A DNA stretch of 64,000 bases from Gracilinanus agilis (lineage: Eukaryota), in the NCBI RefSeq assembly GCF_016433145.1, contig NC_058133.1, positions 476,105,058-476,169,057 of the forward strand. Direction: 5' to 3'. The position numbers were made by a program, and so were the translations under genes. How positions within the stretch are numbered: the stretch's first letter is position 1; each line of letters starts with the position of its first letter. Shown piece after piece: positions 34,316 to 45,353 of this stretch. The notes under the pieces were generated by a model that was not told the DNA's origin, made no database searches, and saw nothing but the letters and a program-made list of their open reading frames with translations.

Positions 34316-35210
34316 TGACCCACCAAAACCATGACCACCAACAGGAGACTTTCAGCACTACTTCTAACCTCAGGCCTTATTACAGGATTCCTCACCTCTC
34401 CTGACTATTGAATTCATCTCTATACTCCTGACAATGTACTAGTGACGACAAGGCATTGGACAAGAAGGAACATTCCAAGGACATCACACACCCATAGACC
34501 AAAAAAGCCTACAATCGGGAATAATCCTGTTTATTCTGTCAAAAGTGTTCTTCTTCATCAGCTTCTTCTGAGCATTTTATCACTTTAGCCTAGCACTCAC
34601 GCCTGAATTAGGAGGCTGCTGACCAACAAGAATTCACACACTCAACACCCTAGAAGTCCCCCTATTAAATCCTTCTCACCTCAGGAATCTCTATCACATG
34701 AACCCATCACAGCCTCATAGAAGAAAACTGAAAACAAATCATTCTGGCACTTACCAGTGCCATCCTACTAGGCTTTATTTCGCCAGGGTACAAGGGGGCA
34801 GCTGGGTAGCTCAGTGGATTGAGAGTCAGGCCTAGAGATGGGAGGTCCTAGGTTCAAATCCAGCCTCAGATACTTCCCAGCTGTGTGACCCTGTGTGTAA
34901 AGAATTAGACAAGTCACTTGACCCCCATTGCCCACCCTTACCACTCTTCCACCAAGGAGCCAATACACAGAAGTTAAGGGTTAAAAACAACCAGTGTACA
35001 AGCTACAGAATATTACAAAGCCTCATTCACCATCTCAGATGGCATTATTGGCTCAACCTTCTTCATAGCCACAGGCTTCCACGGCCTACACATAATCATT
35101 AGCTCAACATTCTTAATAGTATGTCTACTACATGGATTCTACTTCCTCTTCATTTCAATCCACCACTTTGTATAACTATTCCTATACGTCTCTATCTACT
35201 GATGAGGTTC
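34315..35210 (+). pseudogene. COX3: NUMT COX3
   Basis: MTHQNH start; FFFISFFWAFYHFSLA; [21 protein letters not shown]-like segment; deletions. Confidence 0.88.
34794..34990 (+). mobile_element. SINE1 in NUMT COX3
   Basis: TSD CCAGGGTACAA (34783-34793) / CCAGTGTACAA (34991-35001), one mismatch. Confidence 0.85.
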
Positions 35211-36143
35211 TTATTTTTATTAGTTAGTACTGATCACCAATATTAAGTTTGGGGTAAAACCAGAGAAAAATAATTAACCTAATTATCACATTATCACCTT
35301 GTCATCCTGGAAGACATTTGCCTCTTTGTCTCACATGACTCCTGGCATCCAGAAGACGCCTCTGACCCAAACTAAGGTCAAGTTTGTCCAACCAAGAAGA
35401 CTCAGAAAAAGTGGCATCACCAGGGGTATAAGTTTAGGGATTGAGGAAGCATCGTGCTCTCTGTTTCCTGGAGAGGCAGCAAGTGCCCTTTCCTAGGAAG
35501 CATCAGGAGTGAACAGGGACTTGCAGTGAGCAATATGAGCTCCGGTTAGCTTCATAGCCGGCCATGTGATTCTGTGCCTTTTCTCTCTCCAACTCTCTTT
35601 CATTATTTAGCAAATAATTATAAATTAATATACAGTCTCCAGAGAATTTTTATCTTAACACAATAGAAACAAGAATCATAGTCTCTACCTTTAAGGAACT
35701 TTAAATCTATTTGAATGGAGCTATTCAAAATTAATAATCAGGTTATGTTCTCTTTATTTAACTACTCATCTTTTATCTATATGCCCCAAAATATCTTGTC
35801 TGTTCCTTTCTATACCTAATTCTATGCAATTCCCTATAAAATTCAGGTGATTCACCATGAAATAATTAATTGAGTTATGAATTATTAGGTGATATTCTTA
35901 TAGAAAGGATTGTGAGAGGATGGATTTGGCCCCTTTCCCAATCTTGTTAACCATCTGGCCCCACCTCCCCTTTTCACAGCTTTTGATGGTTACTAATTAA
36001 CTCAGGGGAAAATTTAAAGCTAGACAGAAGGGAAAGGGATTCTTAGGGTCATGTAAGATGTTAAGAACTGATCCAATTATAACCAGACACTTTTGTTCAT
36101 TTAAATAAGTTGTGTCCCTCCTTTCCTCCTCTTTTCTCTACAC

Positions 36144-36296
36144 CAGGGGTCAGCAACCTTTTTGGCCATGAGAGCCATAAATGCCACATTTTTTAAAATG
36201 TAATTTCATGAGAGCCGTACAGTGCTCACAGTGTGCCCTCCTGTAACAGTGCCTGAAAAAAAAATGGACTTTATGGCCCCTGATACGTTACCCCTG
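36144..36296. mobile_element. hAT-family MITE (CAGGGGTC.GCAAC TIR)
   Basis: Ends CAGGGG.../...CCCCTG; perfect 8-bp TSD CTCTACAC at 36136-36143 and 36297-36304. Confidence 0.85.
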
Positions 36297-36710
36297 CTCT
36301 ACACTATCTGCAGCTGCCCCAGGCTGGACAGTTTCATTCAGTCTTAGAAGGCAGAGGAACATTTTAGGGAAAACAGAAAACATTCTTCATTCTCTTTACT
36401 ATTATTGAGTCCAAGACCCTTCTGTACCCCTTTTGAAATTGTGTTAAATTATGTAACATCTAAATTTCCTCTCTTGGGAGGCTGGTTTCCATTCTTCTCA
36501 ATCTGTTCTATCATTTCCTACTTTGCATTTGATTGGTCATTCCAACTCTACTATGTTTTCTCCTTATCCTCCAGGTAAGTGCTTCTGTCTCCACAGCTCA
36601 GGGACAGAGGTAAAATCTCAAGCATGAAATTACCATCTTTGTCTGTAGGATGAGGCTATTTTAGGTGTCAACTTCTTTTACCTTCATTTTTATCTCTTCT
36701 TCTTCCCTAG

Positions 36711-37142
36711 ATCTGTGAAGCCTTGGAATATTCGCACTGTCCACCTCTGAACCTGACTCCAGCTCCAACCCCTCACCCCAACCTCAAGGCCTATCTTCAA
36801 GGAAACACTCTTGCTTCCAGGAAGAAAGTTCTCCCTATCCTCAGAGATGCCCTATGGGGGAATCCTGGTGCCATGAGGACACCTTCAGGAAAGCCTGGGT
36901 CAGAAGACTGCTCCCAAGAACAAGTGGATGATGAACTGGACAAAACCATTAATCCTCTGATTCCTGAAATGAGTCGAGATGAGGAAGAACCTGTGCTGCC
37001 CCCTACACCCATGAACAGCTTAGTAGATGAGTGCCCTCTGGATCGGGGACTGCCTAAACTCTCAGCTGAGGCTATTTTTGAAAAATGTAGCCAGATCACA
37101 ATAGCACGTTCCTCTACCAGTCCTCCCCAAAAGAAGAAGTGA
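36711..37142 (+). CDS. PRUNE1: PRUNE1 exon 8 (terminal)
   Basis: tag|ATC; ICEALE...[17 protein letters not shown]...[34 protein letters not shown]...KKK*. Confidence 0.95.
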   Translation: MCEALEYSHCPPLNLTPAPTPHPNLKAYLQGNTLASRKKVLPILRDALWGNPGAMRTPSGKPGSEDCSQEQVDDELDKTINPLIPEMSRDEEEPVLPPTPMNSLVDECPLDRGLPKLSAEAIFEKCSQITIARSSTSPPQKKK

Positions 37143-38449
37143 CTTACGGGGTGAGAAAGAGGGAATTTTCAGAACACAGTAGGAGATGGTGCCCAACCTA
37201 GCTTGAATGCATGATTTGGAATGTTTAGGGAATTTTCATAATTCTCTTCATTGCTCCAGGACCCAGGTACACTATTCACATAGATGTGGAAGGAGATAGA
37301 AGTGAAAGGAGATATGAAGGCTGTAGGGATGGTTTTCTACCTTTCCCGCCAATCAGCCAATTTTCTTAATTCTGGAAATCTGCACTGACCTCACTCTTAA
37401 AACACAGGGGTTTAGCATCTTACACACGTGGTCCCCTGAATAGATGTTAATGGAGAAGGCAAATAGTATCAGGGAAACTCTAGCAACACTCTCAGCCCTT
37501 ATCTCAGCAAAGACTAGGTACCTCCCATGAAACTGAGGGACAAATCCATTTGTTCAGCAAGCTGAATTTGACTGCATATTCAATGCTGGATAGAGATGAG
37601 TTTGGAAACTCACCCAGTTTTCAGCCTGTTTATGATAATTAGGATGTGATTTTTTTCTGCCACTATTGAGGTATTAATTCAAAGTTAAATGTCCATACAT
37701 CTGGTTCCAAAAATTCGTTTTGGACTCTTTCTAACATTGCAAAGGATCATGCTGGAGGCCACTTTTCTGAGCAGGTCACCAGGCTTTGGGGTTCTTCTAG
37801 TCCCCTGGGGTTCTTAAACATGAATGACTGATCACATCTTTGAGAGTTTGAGAGCTAATAGTAAATCGTTGTCACTCTTGGAAAGGCACTTTTCTCTCAA
37901 AACAGTCAAATTGTAGTGGTCTGTTCTCTCTTTTTCTCTCTGTTTCTCTGTCTCTCTCTGCATTTGTTTCTGTGTCTCTGGTTTCTCTCTTCTACCATCA
38001 GTTTCTTTTCTGTTTCTTTCCTCTTTGCCAGTATTACCTCTTAATGTTCATTTAGGAGGACTATTGGTTGTGGAAAGAATTAGACTAAAAGTCAGGAGAC
38101 TCGATTTCTTTTGACTTTGGATTTTTATTGATGCCTTTTGTATTTCCATTGGAATTTGTATTTACATTTCTGAATATATCCCACCTCAGTCTTCTATCTG
38201 GTGACAAAGATTTAAAAAGAGAAAGAAAACCTAGTCTTAACTGTGTGACTGTGGGTGTCAGTCAACCTTATTGGGCTTCTATTTCCTCCTATATAAAATT
38301 AATCTTCACTGAATGGTCCCTAAGGTTTCTTCCAACTGCAAGCCTTTCATTTGCCTATCCCTCTATTTTTCTTCTTTCTCCATCAATTTTCCCTCAAAGA
38401 TGTGAGGTGGGAATATTTTTCCCACTCCCCAACTTCTTGGCCCAGCAAG

Positions 38450-38610
38450 NNNNNNNNNNNNNNNNNNNNNNNNNNNNNNNNNNNNNNNNNNNNNNNNNNN
38501 NNNNNNNNNNNNNNNNNNNNNNNNNNNNNNNNNNNNNNNNNNNNNNNNNNNNNNNNNNNNNNNNNNNNNNNNNNNNNNNNNNNNNNNNNNNNNNNNNNNN
38601 NNNNNNNNNN
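38450..38610. other. Assembly gap (161 N)
   Basis: Run of n characters. Confidence 1.
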
Positions 38611-39160
38611 GATTTGGCCAAAGGACTTAGCCTCATGTAGCATATACAAGTACATGAATCATACCATACCTTAGTGGTTTAAACCAGGAGCAGCCTTCCA
38701 CTTACTCGCATGTGTTTGATTCAGCCTTCTGTCCTCCCCCTTTAGAGGTGTCCTATACCTCTCAAATAGGCCTGCTTCCCCCTTCCACTTCCCTGTGTTC
38801 CCAGATGACCATAGAGGGTGCTGCCATTAACTTTGCCAAGTATTTAGGCACCTCCTCCCCTTTGGCATGACATGATGATCCCCCAGAAAGAATGAATGTG
38901 TGTGTGTATAGGGAAATTCTGTTTCTTTGAAGGATGTTTGCAGCTATGTGAAAGATAAAAAGCAATGGCATAATCACTGAACCAAAGGAATTTGTGTTTT
39001 GTAATTGTGGGAAGTTTTCTTTTGCACTTTGTTAAAGTATTAAATGCATTTTTCCTGTCCTGTGGCATTTTGTCTTTTTTTTTTTTAAATAAACTTGCAT
39101 TCCCTCCTTTTGCCTTCCCTTTGTGAACCTTGCCCTTTTTCCTCCAGCTCCACCTGGCCT

Positions 39161-39349
39161 TTTTTTTAAAACCTTTATCCTGTCTTAGACTCAATCCTAT
39201 GTATTGGTTCCAAGACAGAAGAGTGGTAAGGGCTAGACAATGAGGGGCAAGTGAAAGTGACTTGCCCAGGGTCACACAACTAGAAGTGTCTGAGGTCAAA
39301 TTTGAATCCAGGACTGCCTGGCTATCTACTGAAGCACTTAGCTGTCCCC
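39161..39349 (-). mobile_element. SINE1
   Basis: Reverse-complement SINE1 body ending ttagctgtcccc. Confidence 0.8.
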
Positions 39350-39909
39350 CTCCAGCTCTGCTATTAATATGGATGGTCAATGGTTTTGTTCCTATTATTT
39401 CTTCCTAAAATAAACAATGTCATCTTCAAGAACCTTTCTGTTAATAGAGACCTCAGCCTTACTCAACCTAGGAAGGCTGCCAAGAATTGAATCAGTTGTG
39501 AGACTGAAGAAAGTGAGGGAAAAGTATTTGCTTTTTCTCAAGCACCTTCCAGAGGGCTAAGGGGCTAGGAGAGAAAGGAGAAAGACCAGTTCCTCACACA
39601 CAGACCCTTTCTCTTCTACTCCAAACTACCTATCCCACAAAAATCTAGTCTGGAAACCAGAGCATCCTCTCCCCGCCCACCCAGTCCCCACACCCCTGCA
39701 TAAAGAGGTGGATTTTCTTTGGGCGAGCCTCCCTGGGAGGGGAGGTGGCAAAACCTGTTTGAAGATGAGTTCATTTCCCTCTCTACCTCCTCCTTTGGAG
39801 GCCATACAAGCAGACACTGAGACAGCAGCACAACAGGGGAGAGGTTTAGGGGATGGGGGAACTTCCTGCACTCATCCTACATGTTTAGAGAATAGAGAAA
39901 CTTGTGAAG

Positions 39910-39941
39910 ATGGGAACTTTACAGGAATCAAGAAATCTTGG
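39910..39941 (+). CDS. BNIPL: BNIPL exon 1
   Basis: MGTLQESRNLG|gtaagt; human starts MGTIQE as recalled. Confidence 0.8.
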
Positions 39942-40629
39942 GTAAGTGCTGAGCCTTCTCTCACCTGGCTGACTCTTGAAAAACTTATTAGTCTTGTGGG
40001 GTCATCCCCTTAAGTCCCACTAATTTGACTCCTAAGCCAAAACTCTGGGTGGTTCCATAGAGGAGGTGGGACACAGTCATTACTTTTGACAGAAAATAAG
40101 GATCATTTTAAGTAAGAATCAAAGCTGATGAATAGAAAGGTCCCCAGGAAAGCTCCTTGGGCAAAACAGGAGAATATGATAAATCTATCCATGCTTTCCA
40201 AAGCAAGGACCAGGACCTTCTTGACTGTTCTATCCCCAGCTGTGTTCACCTATGTCTTGATTTCCCCAGCCCCACCCCAGAAAAGTTTGGGGAAAGGCAG
40301 GCCTGACAGGTTGTCCTCTTCCTTAACTGGAAGGTAACAACTGGGTAGGTCTGTCCTGAATTCAGGCCAGTTGCAATGTAGACTGCCTCTTAAACATAAC
40401 TTTACCAGTGGGTAAACTGAGCCAGAAAAGTGTAAGATATCCAAGTCATATCCATCCCACTTGTCCCCAAAACCAAGAGGTTCTAGAAGTTTGGGAGAGT
40501 CATCTGGCTGGATTCTCTTCCAGGTCTGCAGTTTGTTCTGTGCCCTTTTGTTTCTTCCTCTTATTCCCAAGAGTAATGCTGCCCAACTAACTACCTCTCA
40601 ATTCCTTTATACCTTGGCAATGGTACTAG

Positions 40630-40719
40630 AGAGAATGTGGAAACATCAGAGCTGGGACCGTCACTGAAATTTGGGGACGTGGAATTGAAGGAAGAGTGGC
40701 AGGATGAAGAGTTCCCCCG
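40630..40719 (+). CDS. BNIPL: BNIPL exon 2
   Basis: ENVETSELGPSLKFGDVELKEEWQDEEFP|gtgag; acceptor inferred from frame. Confidence 0.85.
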
Positions 40720-40891
40720 GTGAGAGGAGAATGGGGAAAAGAAAGTGGAGTTGGAGAGTATAGGAATAGATCAGGAAGCCCTGGGTGTGTTGGTGGGGAG
40801 ACTGAAGGGGTAAAGCCATGAGCATAACTTTTAGCACTCGATTCCCCATTTCTTCTTGCTCCCTCCATCTAATTAATTCCCCATATCCCAG

Positions 40892-40956
40892 ACTGCTCCC
40901 TGAGGAGTCCAATTCCTCTGAAGATCCAGAGGACCTTAGAGAAGGTACCCAGATGG
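40892..40956 (+). CDS. BNIPL: BNIPL exon 3
   Basis: cag|A CTG; LLPEESNSSEDPEDLREGTQM|gtgagt. Confidence 0.88.
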
Positions 40957-41180
40957 GTGAGTAAGGTCAGAACTGGGTACCAAGCCCTGGTTTTTTTACT
41001 GTGGGGAGAATGTTCCACCCTTTTCCCATCGACATTTGCCCAGTTTTCCTTCACTCATGTCCCTCTTGTCAATTCCACGGTGCTCCTTCCCCTTGCTTAT
41101 GGAAGGTTAACTCCTCCGTTCCCGGGGGTGCTGTTTCATTTACCTTCTTCTCTTCAGCTCTCTTCCCCCTGTCACCCCAG

Positions 41181-41405
41181 GTCCCCTAAGCACTTTAGCA
41201 CTATGTGGCAGGCGTCACATGCGGAAGCGTCTTTCAGCCCCAGAGCTTCAGCTGAGTTTGGGGGATGACACAGGTGACAAAGAAGGCTCTCCTGCCCACT
41301 CCACGCCTTCTTCCCCAAATGGTAGCTCTGACATAGAGGTGGATGGTTTGGAGACACCCTCAGACTCAGAACAGCTGGACAGTGGCCATGAATTTGAATG
41401 GGAAG
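41181..41405 (+). CDS. BNIPL: BNIPL exon 4
   Basis: STLALCGRRHMRKRLSAPEL...LETPSDSEQLDSGHEFEWE|gtagg. Confidence 0.95.
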
Positions 41406-42468
41406 GTAGGAGCTGAGGCTAAGAACTAATAACTGTGGATGGGGAATGGAGTGGGGCCAATAAAGTGGGAGACTGATTAGGAGGGACGATTAACCGGGAT
41501 GAAGAGCCAATGAGGGGCTTACAGTCTGGAAGGTCTTGAATTTGTAAGGAGCAGAGTTAGGGAAACAGAGATAACAATGTAAAGTTAATAGGAGCTAATA
41601 GGATTGATCTAAGGCTAAATGACACTAAGAATGGGGTTCATGAATTTTCCAAATGAAATGGACTCTGGTAAAGTCCTTGGTACACCCTTATTGGTAGTTT
41701 TCAAGCAAAGGTTACATGACTACTTGTCAGGTATGTTCCAGGGAAGGATTTTTTTGGGGGAGGGGAGAAGTTGGACTAGACGGCTCCTATGGTTCATTCC
41801 CTCTTTTAAATTCTGTGAACTATAAGCTAGCAAGGGGGGCCGGTAAGACTGGTGAAGATTCCCTTGTCAGTGAGAGGAAGCATTGTTCAATAAAAATTGT
41901 ACTGGGTTTGGAGTCAGGAGACCTCAGGCCTGGCTCTGCTAAGTTACTTCCCCTCTGTGGGCCTCAGAGTAAAATGAGGGGACAGAGCGAGATAATCTTT
42001 ACTGGCTCTTCTAAGTCTAAAGCCCTTGATCCTGATGATCCTGAAAACAACGGTGAAAGTGGGAGGTCAGTGTGAGAATGGGGCTAATAAGGCAGTGGCT
42101 TAGGGCTCAGAGAGAGTGTGTGTGTAATAATACATGTAATACAAATATTTGTATATGTACATGCATACTATATACATATGTACGTATATATATATAAATA
42201 GCAAGACTTTTATATTAAAGGGGCCATAGAAGTCCTGGACACCTAAAAATCAACTGGGAGCTGGAAAGGACTTTCACTTGGGGCCCGTGTCCCCAAAGGG
42301 AGCAAGGCCACCAGCTGTCCCCAGTGTGGATACAGCCCTGACTATATTCATCAACAGTTGGGAGATAGATCAGTGGGAATGCAGTCTAGCGGTTACGGTC
42401 TTACAGTATACTGTGCTTCCCAGGAGTGGTGGGGTGTGAATTCAAATAACCTATTCCTCTCCTTTTAG

Positions 42469-42651
42469 ATGAGCTTCCCCAAAGAGATGGCCCAGGGGCA
42501 AGTGAAGCAGCTGAAAGACTGGGCCAGGGTTGTGTGTGGGATGTGGCTGGGGAGAATGGTCATCGCTGGAAAGTGTTCCGAACAGGGCATCGGGAGCTTC
42601 GAGTGGATATGACGGCCATTGAACCCTATAAAAAGGTCCTGTCTCATGGAG
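42469..42651 (+). CDS. BNIPL: BNIPL exon 5
   Basis: DELPQ...RVDMTAIEPYKKVLSHG|gtaat. Confidence 0.95.
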
Positions 42652-42795
42652 GTAATGGAAGATAGAAGGATAAATACAGGAGTTAGGTTTCAGGCCCCTA
42701 AACCTCACTTCCTAAACCCCTGTGCCTTTCCCTGTGGGCTCTCGAGCTGCTTCTCTCCACTTCCCTGATTCCTGGCCCTATTCTGTCCTCCCCAG

Positions 42796-42898
42796 GTTAC
42801 CATGGTGATGGCCTCAATGCTGTTATCCTTTTTGCTTCCTGCTACCTACCCAGAAGCAACGTCCCTGACTACAGTTATATCATGGAGCACTTGTTTAG
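42796..42898 (+). CDS. BNIPL: BNIPL exon 6
   Basis: GYHGDGLNAVILFASCYLPRSNVPDYSYIMEHLF|gtgag. Confidence 0.95.
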
Positions 42899-43038
42899 GT
42901 GAGGAGGGAATCTGGAAATACAGTAGGGAGAGTGGACTGAAGGAGGGAGAGAAGTCAGAAAGACGTATGCCATAATCAGTGATTAACTTCATCCCACCCT
43001 CTGCCTTTCATTCTCATCCCCTCCAAATCCCCCTACAG

Positions 43039-43170
43039 ATACATGGTGGGGACTCTAGAACTGCTTGTAGCCGAGAATTACCTGCTTGTCCACCTGAGTG
43101 GAGGAACAAGCCGGGCCCAGGTACCCCCTCTGAATTGGATCCGACAATGTTACCGTACCCTGGACCGTCG
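43039..43170 (+). CDS. BNIPL: BNIPL exon 7
   Basis: YMVGTLELLVAENYLLVHLSGG...WIRQCYRTLDR|gtgag. Confidence 0.95.
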
Positions 43171-43792
43171 GTGAGAGACCTGGCAAAGACCGCTATTATT
43201 GGCTTCTCTCACCTCCTCCTTTCTTCTCTGGTCTCATTCTTTTCTCCTTCCTTGGTCCCCTCTTTATATTCCTCCATACTTACCTCTTTCTTTCCTTCCT
43301 TCCCTTTCCCCAAATATCCCTCCTCTCATATTCTTCCCCTCTATCCCTAACCTCCAGGCCCATGTTTCCTTTTCTTCTCAACATTTCTTATTCTCTTCTG
43401 TCACTAAATATATGCCACCTGGAATTCTTGTACAGTTTTTTCCTTTGCGTAGTAAAAAAGGGGGAACAAGGAAAACATAAGAACAAGGAACAAACTAAGA
43501 GACTGCAAATAGAATCCAGAAAAAAGCAAGCATAGATTAGGGACAAAAGGCATTTCAGGAATTTCTTCAGAATGCAGAGGGCACAGGAGGCAAAAAGGGA
43601 AGTGAGGACCTCAGATGGCAGTTAGAAGGCTAAAGATTAGACCTCACAGGGAAATTCCTAATGGAGCACTGGAAATGGATAGTAATTAAAGGGGGGGGGG
43701 GGAGGGTTAAGAAGATACAGAAGAGACCTCCATCTGGGTTTGGGGTAAAGATTAAGGAGAAGAAGGTGATGATCCCATACTCTTTGCTTCAG

Positions 43793-43879
43793 TCTCCGAA
43801 AAAACCTTCGTGCCCTGGTAGTTGTACATGCCACATGGTATGTGAAGGCATTTCTGGTGATGCTTCGGCCTTTTATCAG
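43793..43879 (+). CDS. BNIPL: BNIPL exon 8
   Basis: LRKNLRALVVVHATWYVKAFLVMLRPFI|gtatt. Confidence 0.95.
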
Positions 43880-44081
43880 GTATTTACCTCTGGGGATATA
43901 GACGTCCTGCTCCCCAAATCCACAGCCCCTCCCTCTCATCCAACCTTCCCCTCACCCTTTCTGGCTCTGACCACACTTCCCTGTCCCAATTAGCCAAAAT
44001 TGCTTCCACTTGTCTTCTGTGAAGATCTAAAAGAGCAGCATCTCCAGTCTTAAATACACATGGCCTTTCCTCTCTCCTGAG

Positions 44082-44180
44082 TTCCAAGTTTAGCAGAAAG
44101 GTCCGTTTTCTGGATAGTCTAGAGGAGCTGGCCCAACTCATCTCCTTGGAACATATCCACATCCCGGATGCTGTCAGACA
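44082..44180 (+). CDS. BNIPL: BNIPL exon 9
   Basis: SKFSRKVRFLDSLEELAQLISLEHIHIPDAVR|gtgagt; acceptor is an uncommon GAG. Confidence 0.88.
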
Positions 44181-44570
44181 GTGAGTTCTGGGAGGGATTC
44201 GCAGGATGGGAGAGAGTGGAGGAGTAGCCAAGCAGAATCATGTGATTGGATAAGAAAGAAATGAAAGACCTAGTTACCTTCAGAACTTTACTCTTAAAAC
44301 TTAATTGGGAGAGAGAGAGAAGTTCTAACTTATAACTTAGGAAGACTTGTGTGGAAATTTGTTATGACATGTAATTGGTAAAAAAAAAAAAATGAAAATA
44401 AAATAAAAACACTTAATTTGGGAGACCCAGCACTTGTTACAAAGTGACTTAGGAATTCTCTGTATCTTGTCATGTTGGGTGCAGGTCAGGTAAAATCCCA
44501 GGGAGACAAAAGTAAGAGTGATCAGATGGAGGGAGGGTTAAAAGAGAAGGTTCTTTTGAGGTGAGTTTAT

Positions 44571-44746
44571 TTTTTTTTCTTTTAACCCCTTACCTTCTGT
44601 CCTAGAATCAGTACTGGGTATTGGTTCTAAGGCAGAAGAGAGTGGTAAGGGCTAGGCAATGGGGGTTAGGTGTCTGAGGTCAATTTTGAACCCAGGACCT
44701 CCCATTTCTGGGCCTGGTTCTCAATCTGCAAGCCACCCAGCCGCCC
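44571..44746 (-). mobile_element. SINE1
   Basis: T-rich tail and reverse-complement SINE1 body. Confidence 0.8.
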
Positions 44747-44935
44747 TCTTGAAGTGAGTTTGGAAGGAGGGGAAGGACAAAGATCATGGAATCACAGATT
44801 TGCACCTGGAAAGAACCTCAAAGATCTTCTCTTTATTGAGGAGGGAAATGACATTTAGAGATACAGAGATTGCCTATTAGAAGGGACCCAGATATCCCGA
44901 TCTACTCTTTGTCCTTTTTCTTTCCCTACACCCAG

Positions 44936-44972
44936 GCTGGACAAGGATCTGCATGGCTCTGGAGGGACCTAA
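44936..44972 (+). CDS. BNIPL: BNIPL exon 10 (terminal)
   Basis: cag|G CTG GAC AAG...ACC TAA; LDKDLHGSGGT*. Confidence 0.93.
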
Positions 44973-45347
44973 CACTGATAGCGGAGGGCCCTGGAATCAA
45001 GAAAAGACCCCGGACCTCCAGAGTTTGGGCTCTGTGTGTGTGTCTCTCTCTGTCACTCTCCCCTAACCCATTTCCTTTTCCTGGTGTTGCCTTCCGGCTG
45101 ATCAAAGTGTTATCCCATTCTAGTCATATTCTCACCTAGCAAAGTTCTGGGATCCTGGGAAGCCTAAATTCCAAAGAGCTTGCTGACTACTTGCCTCTTT
45201 CCATTGAAGCCCAAGGCTGGGCTCCAAGAGCAGGTTTGTACTTCAGTGCCTGGGGATGGTGGATTAGGCTCAGCCACCTGCCCTTCTGCCGCGCCTGCGT
45301 GTCTCTTTTCTTCCTCTTCAACAAATTCAGATGTTCAAGTGCAGTTT

Positions 45348-45353
45348 AATAAA
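45348..45353 (+). terminator. Putative BNIPL polyadenylation signal
   Basis: First AATAAA after the BNIPL stop, ~375 nt downstream. Confidence 0.55.

Larger units (their letters stand above)
31927..35298 (+). pseudogene. NUMT: tRNA-Ser(UCN, partial), tRNA-Asp, COX2, tRNA-Lys-like, ATP8, ATP6, COX3, tRNA-Gly, ND3 start
   Basis: Mitochondrial gene order and recognisable starts (ATGCCTTATCCTATACAACTAGG, ATGCCACAATTAGAT, ATGAATGAAAAT, ATGACCCACCAA, ATAATTAACCTA); many indels and stops; five nuclear retroposon insertions. Confidence 0.95.
30288..35660 (+). mobile_element. Solo LTR (~520 bp when reconstructed) split by an L1 fragment and a NUMT
   Basis: TG at 30288, CA at 35659-35660, 4-bp TSD CAAT at 30284-30287 and 35661-35664; LTR pieces 30288-30418, 31901-31926 and ~35299-35660 (TATA-like GGTATAAG near 35426). 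Confidence 0.7.
8184..37142 (+). other. PRUNE1: PRUNE1 gene model (exon 1 outside window): join(8184..8276,17635..17837,18992..19176,19677..19835,20858..20952,29966..30124,36711..37142)
   Basis: All junctions AG/GT; 1326 nt = 441 aa + stop; DHH-family motifs GNEACDLDS and VDHH; internal exon lengths 93/203/185/159/95/159 match the human structure as recalled. Confidence 0.95.
39910..44972 (+). other. BNIPL: BNIPL gene model: join(39910..39941,40630..40719,40892..40956,41181..41405,42469..42651,42796..42898,43039..43170,43793..43879,44082..44180,44936..44972)
   Basis: 1053 nt = 350 aa + stop; BNIP2-like N-terminus and BCH (CRAL-TRIO-like) domain; ends LDKDLHGSGGT*. Confidence 0.92.

Noticed and set aside
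31927-35298. Real mitochondrial contig, contamination or functional tRNA genes
   Set aside because: Frameshifts, stops and five nuclear retroposons with TSDs show long nuclear residence; annotated as pseudogenes.
38128-38674. ORFs spanning the N run
   Set aside because: Artefacts of translating through the assembly gap.
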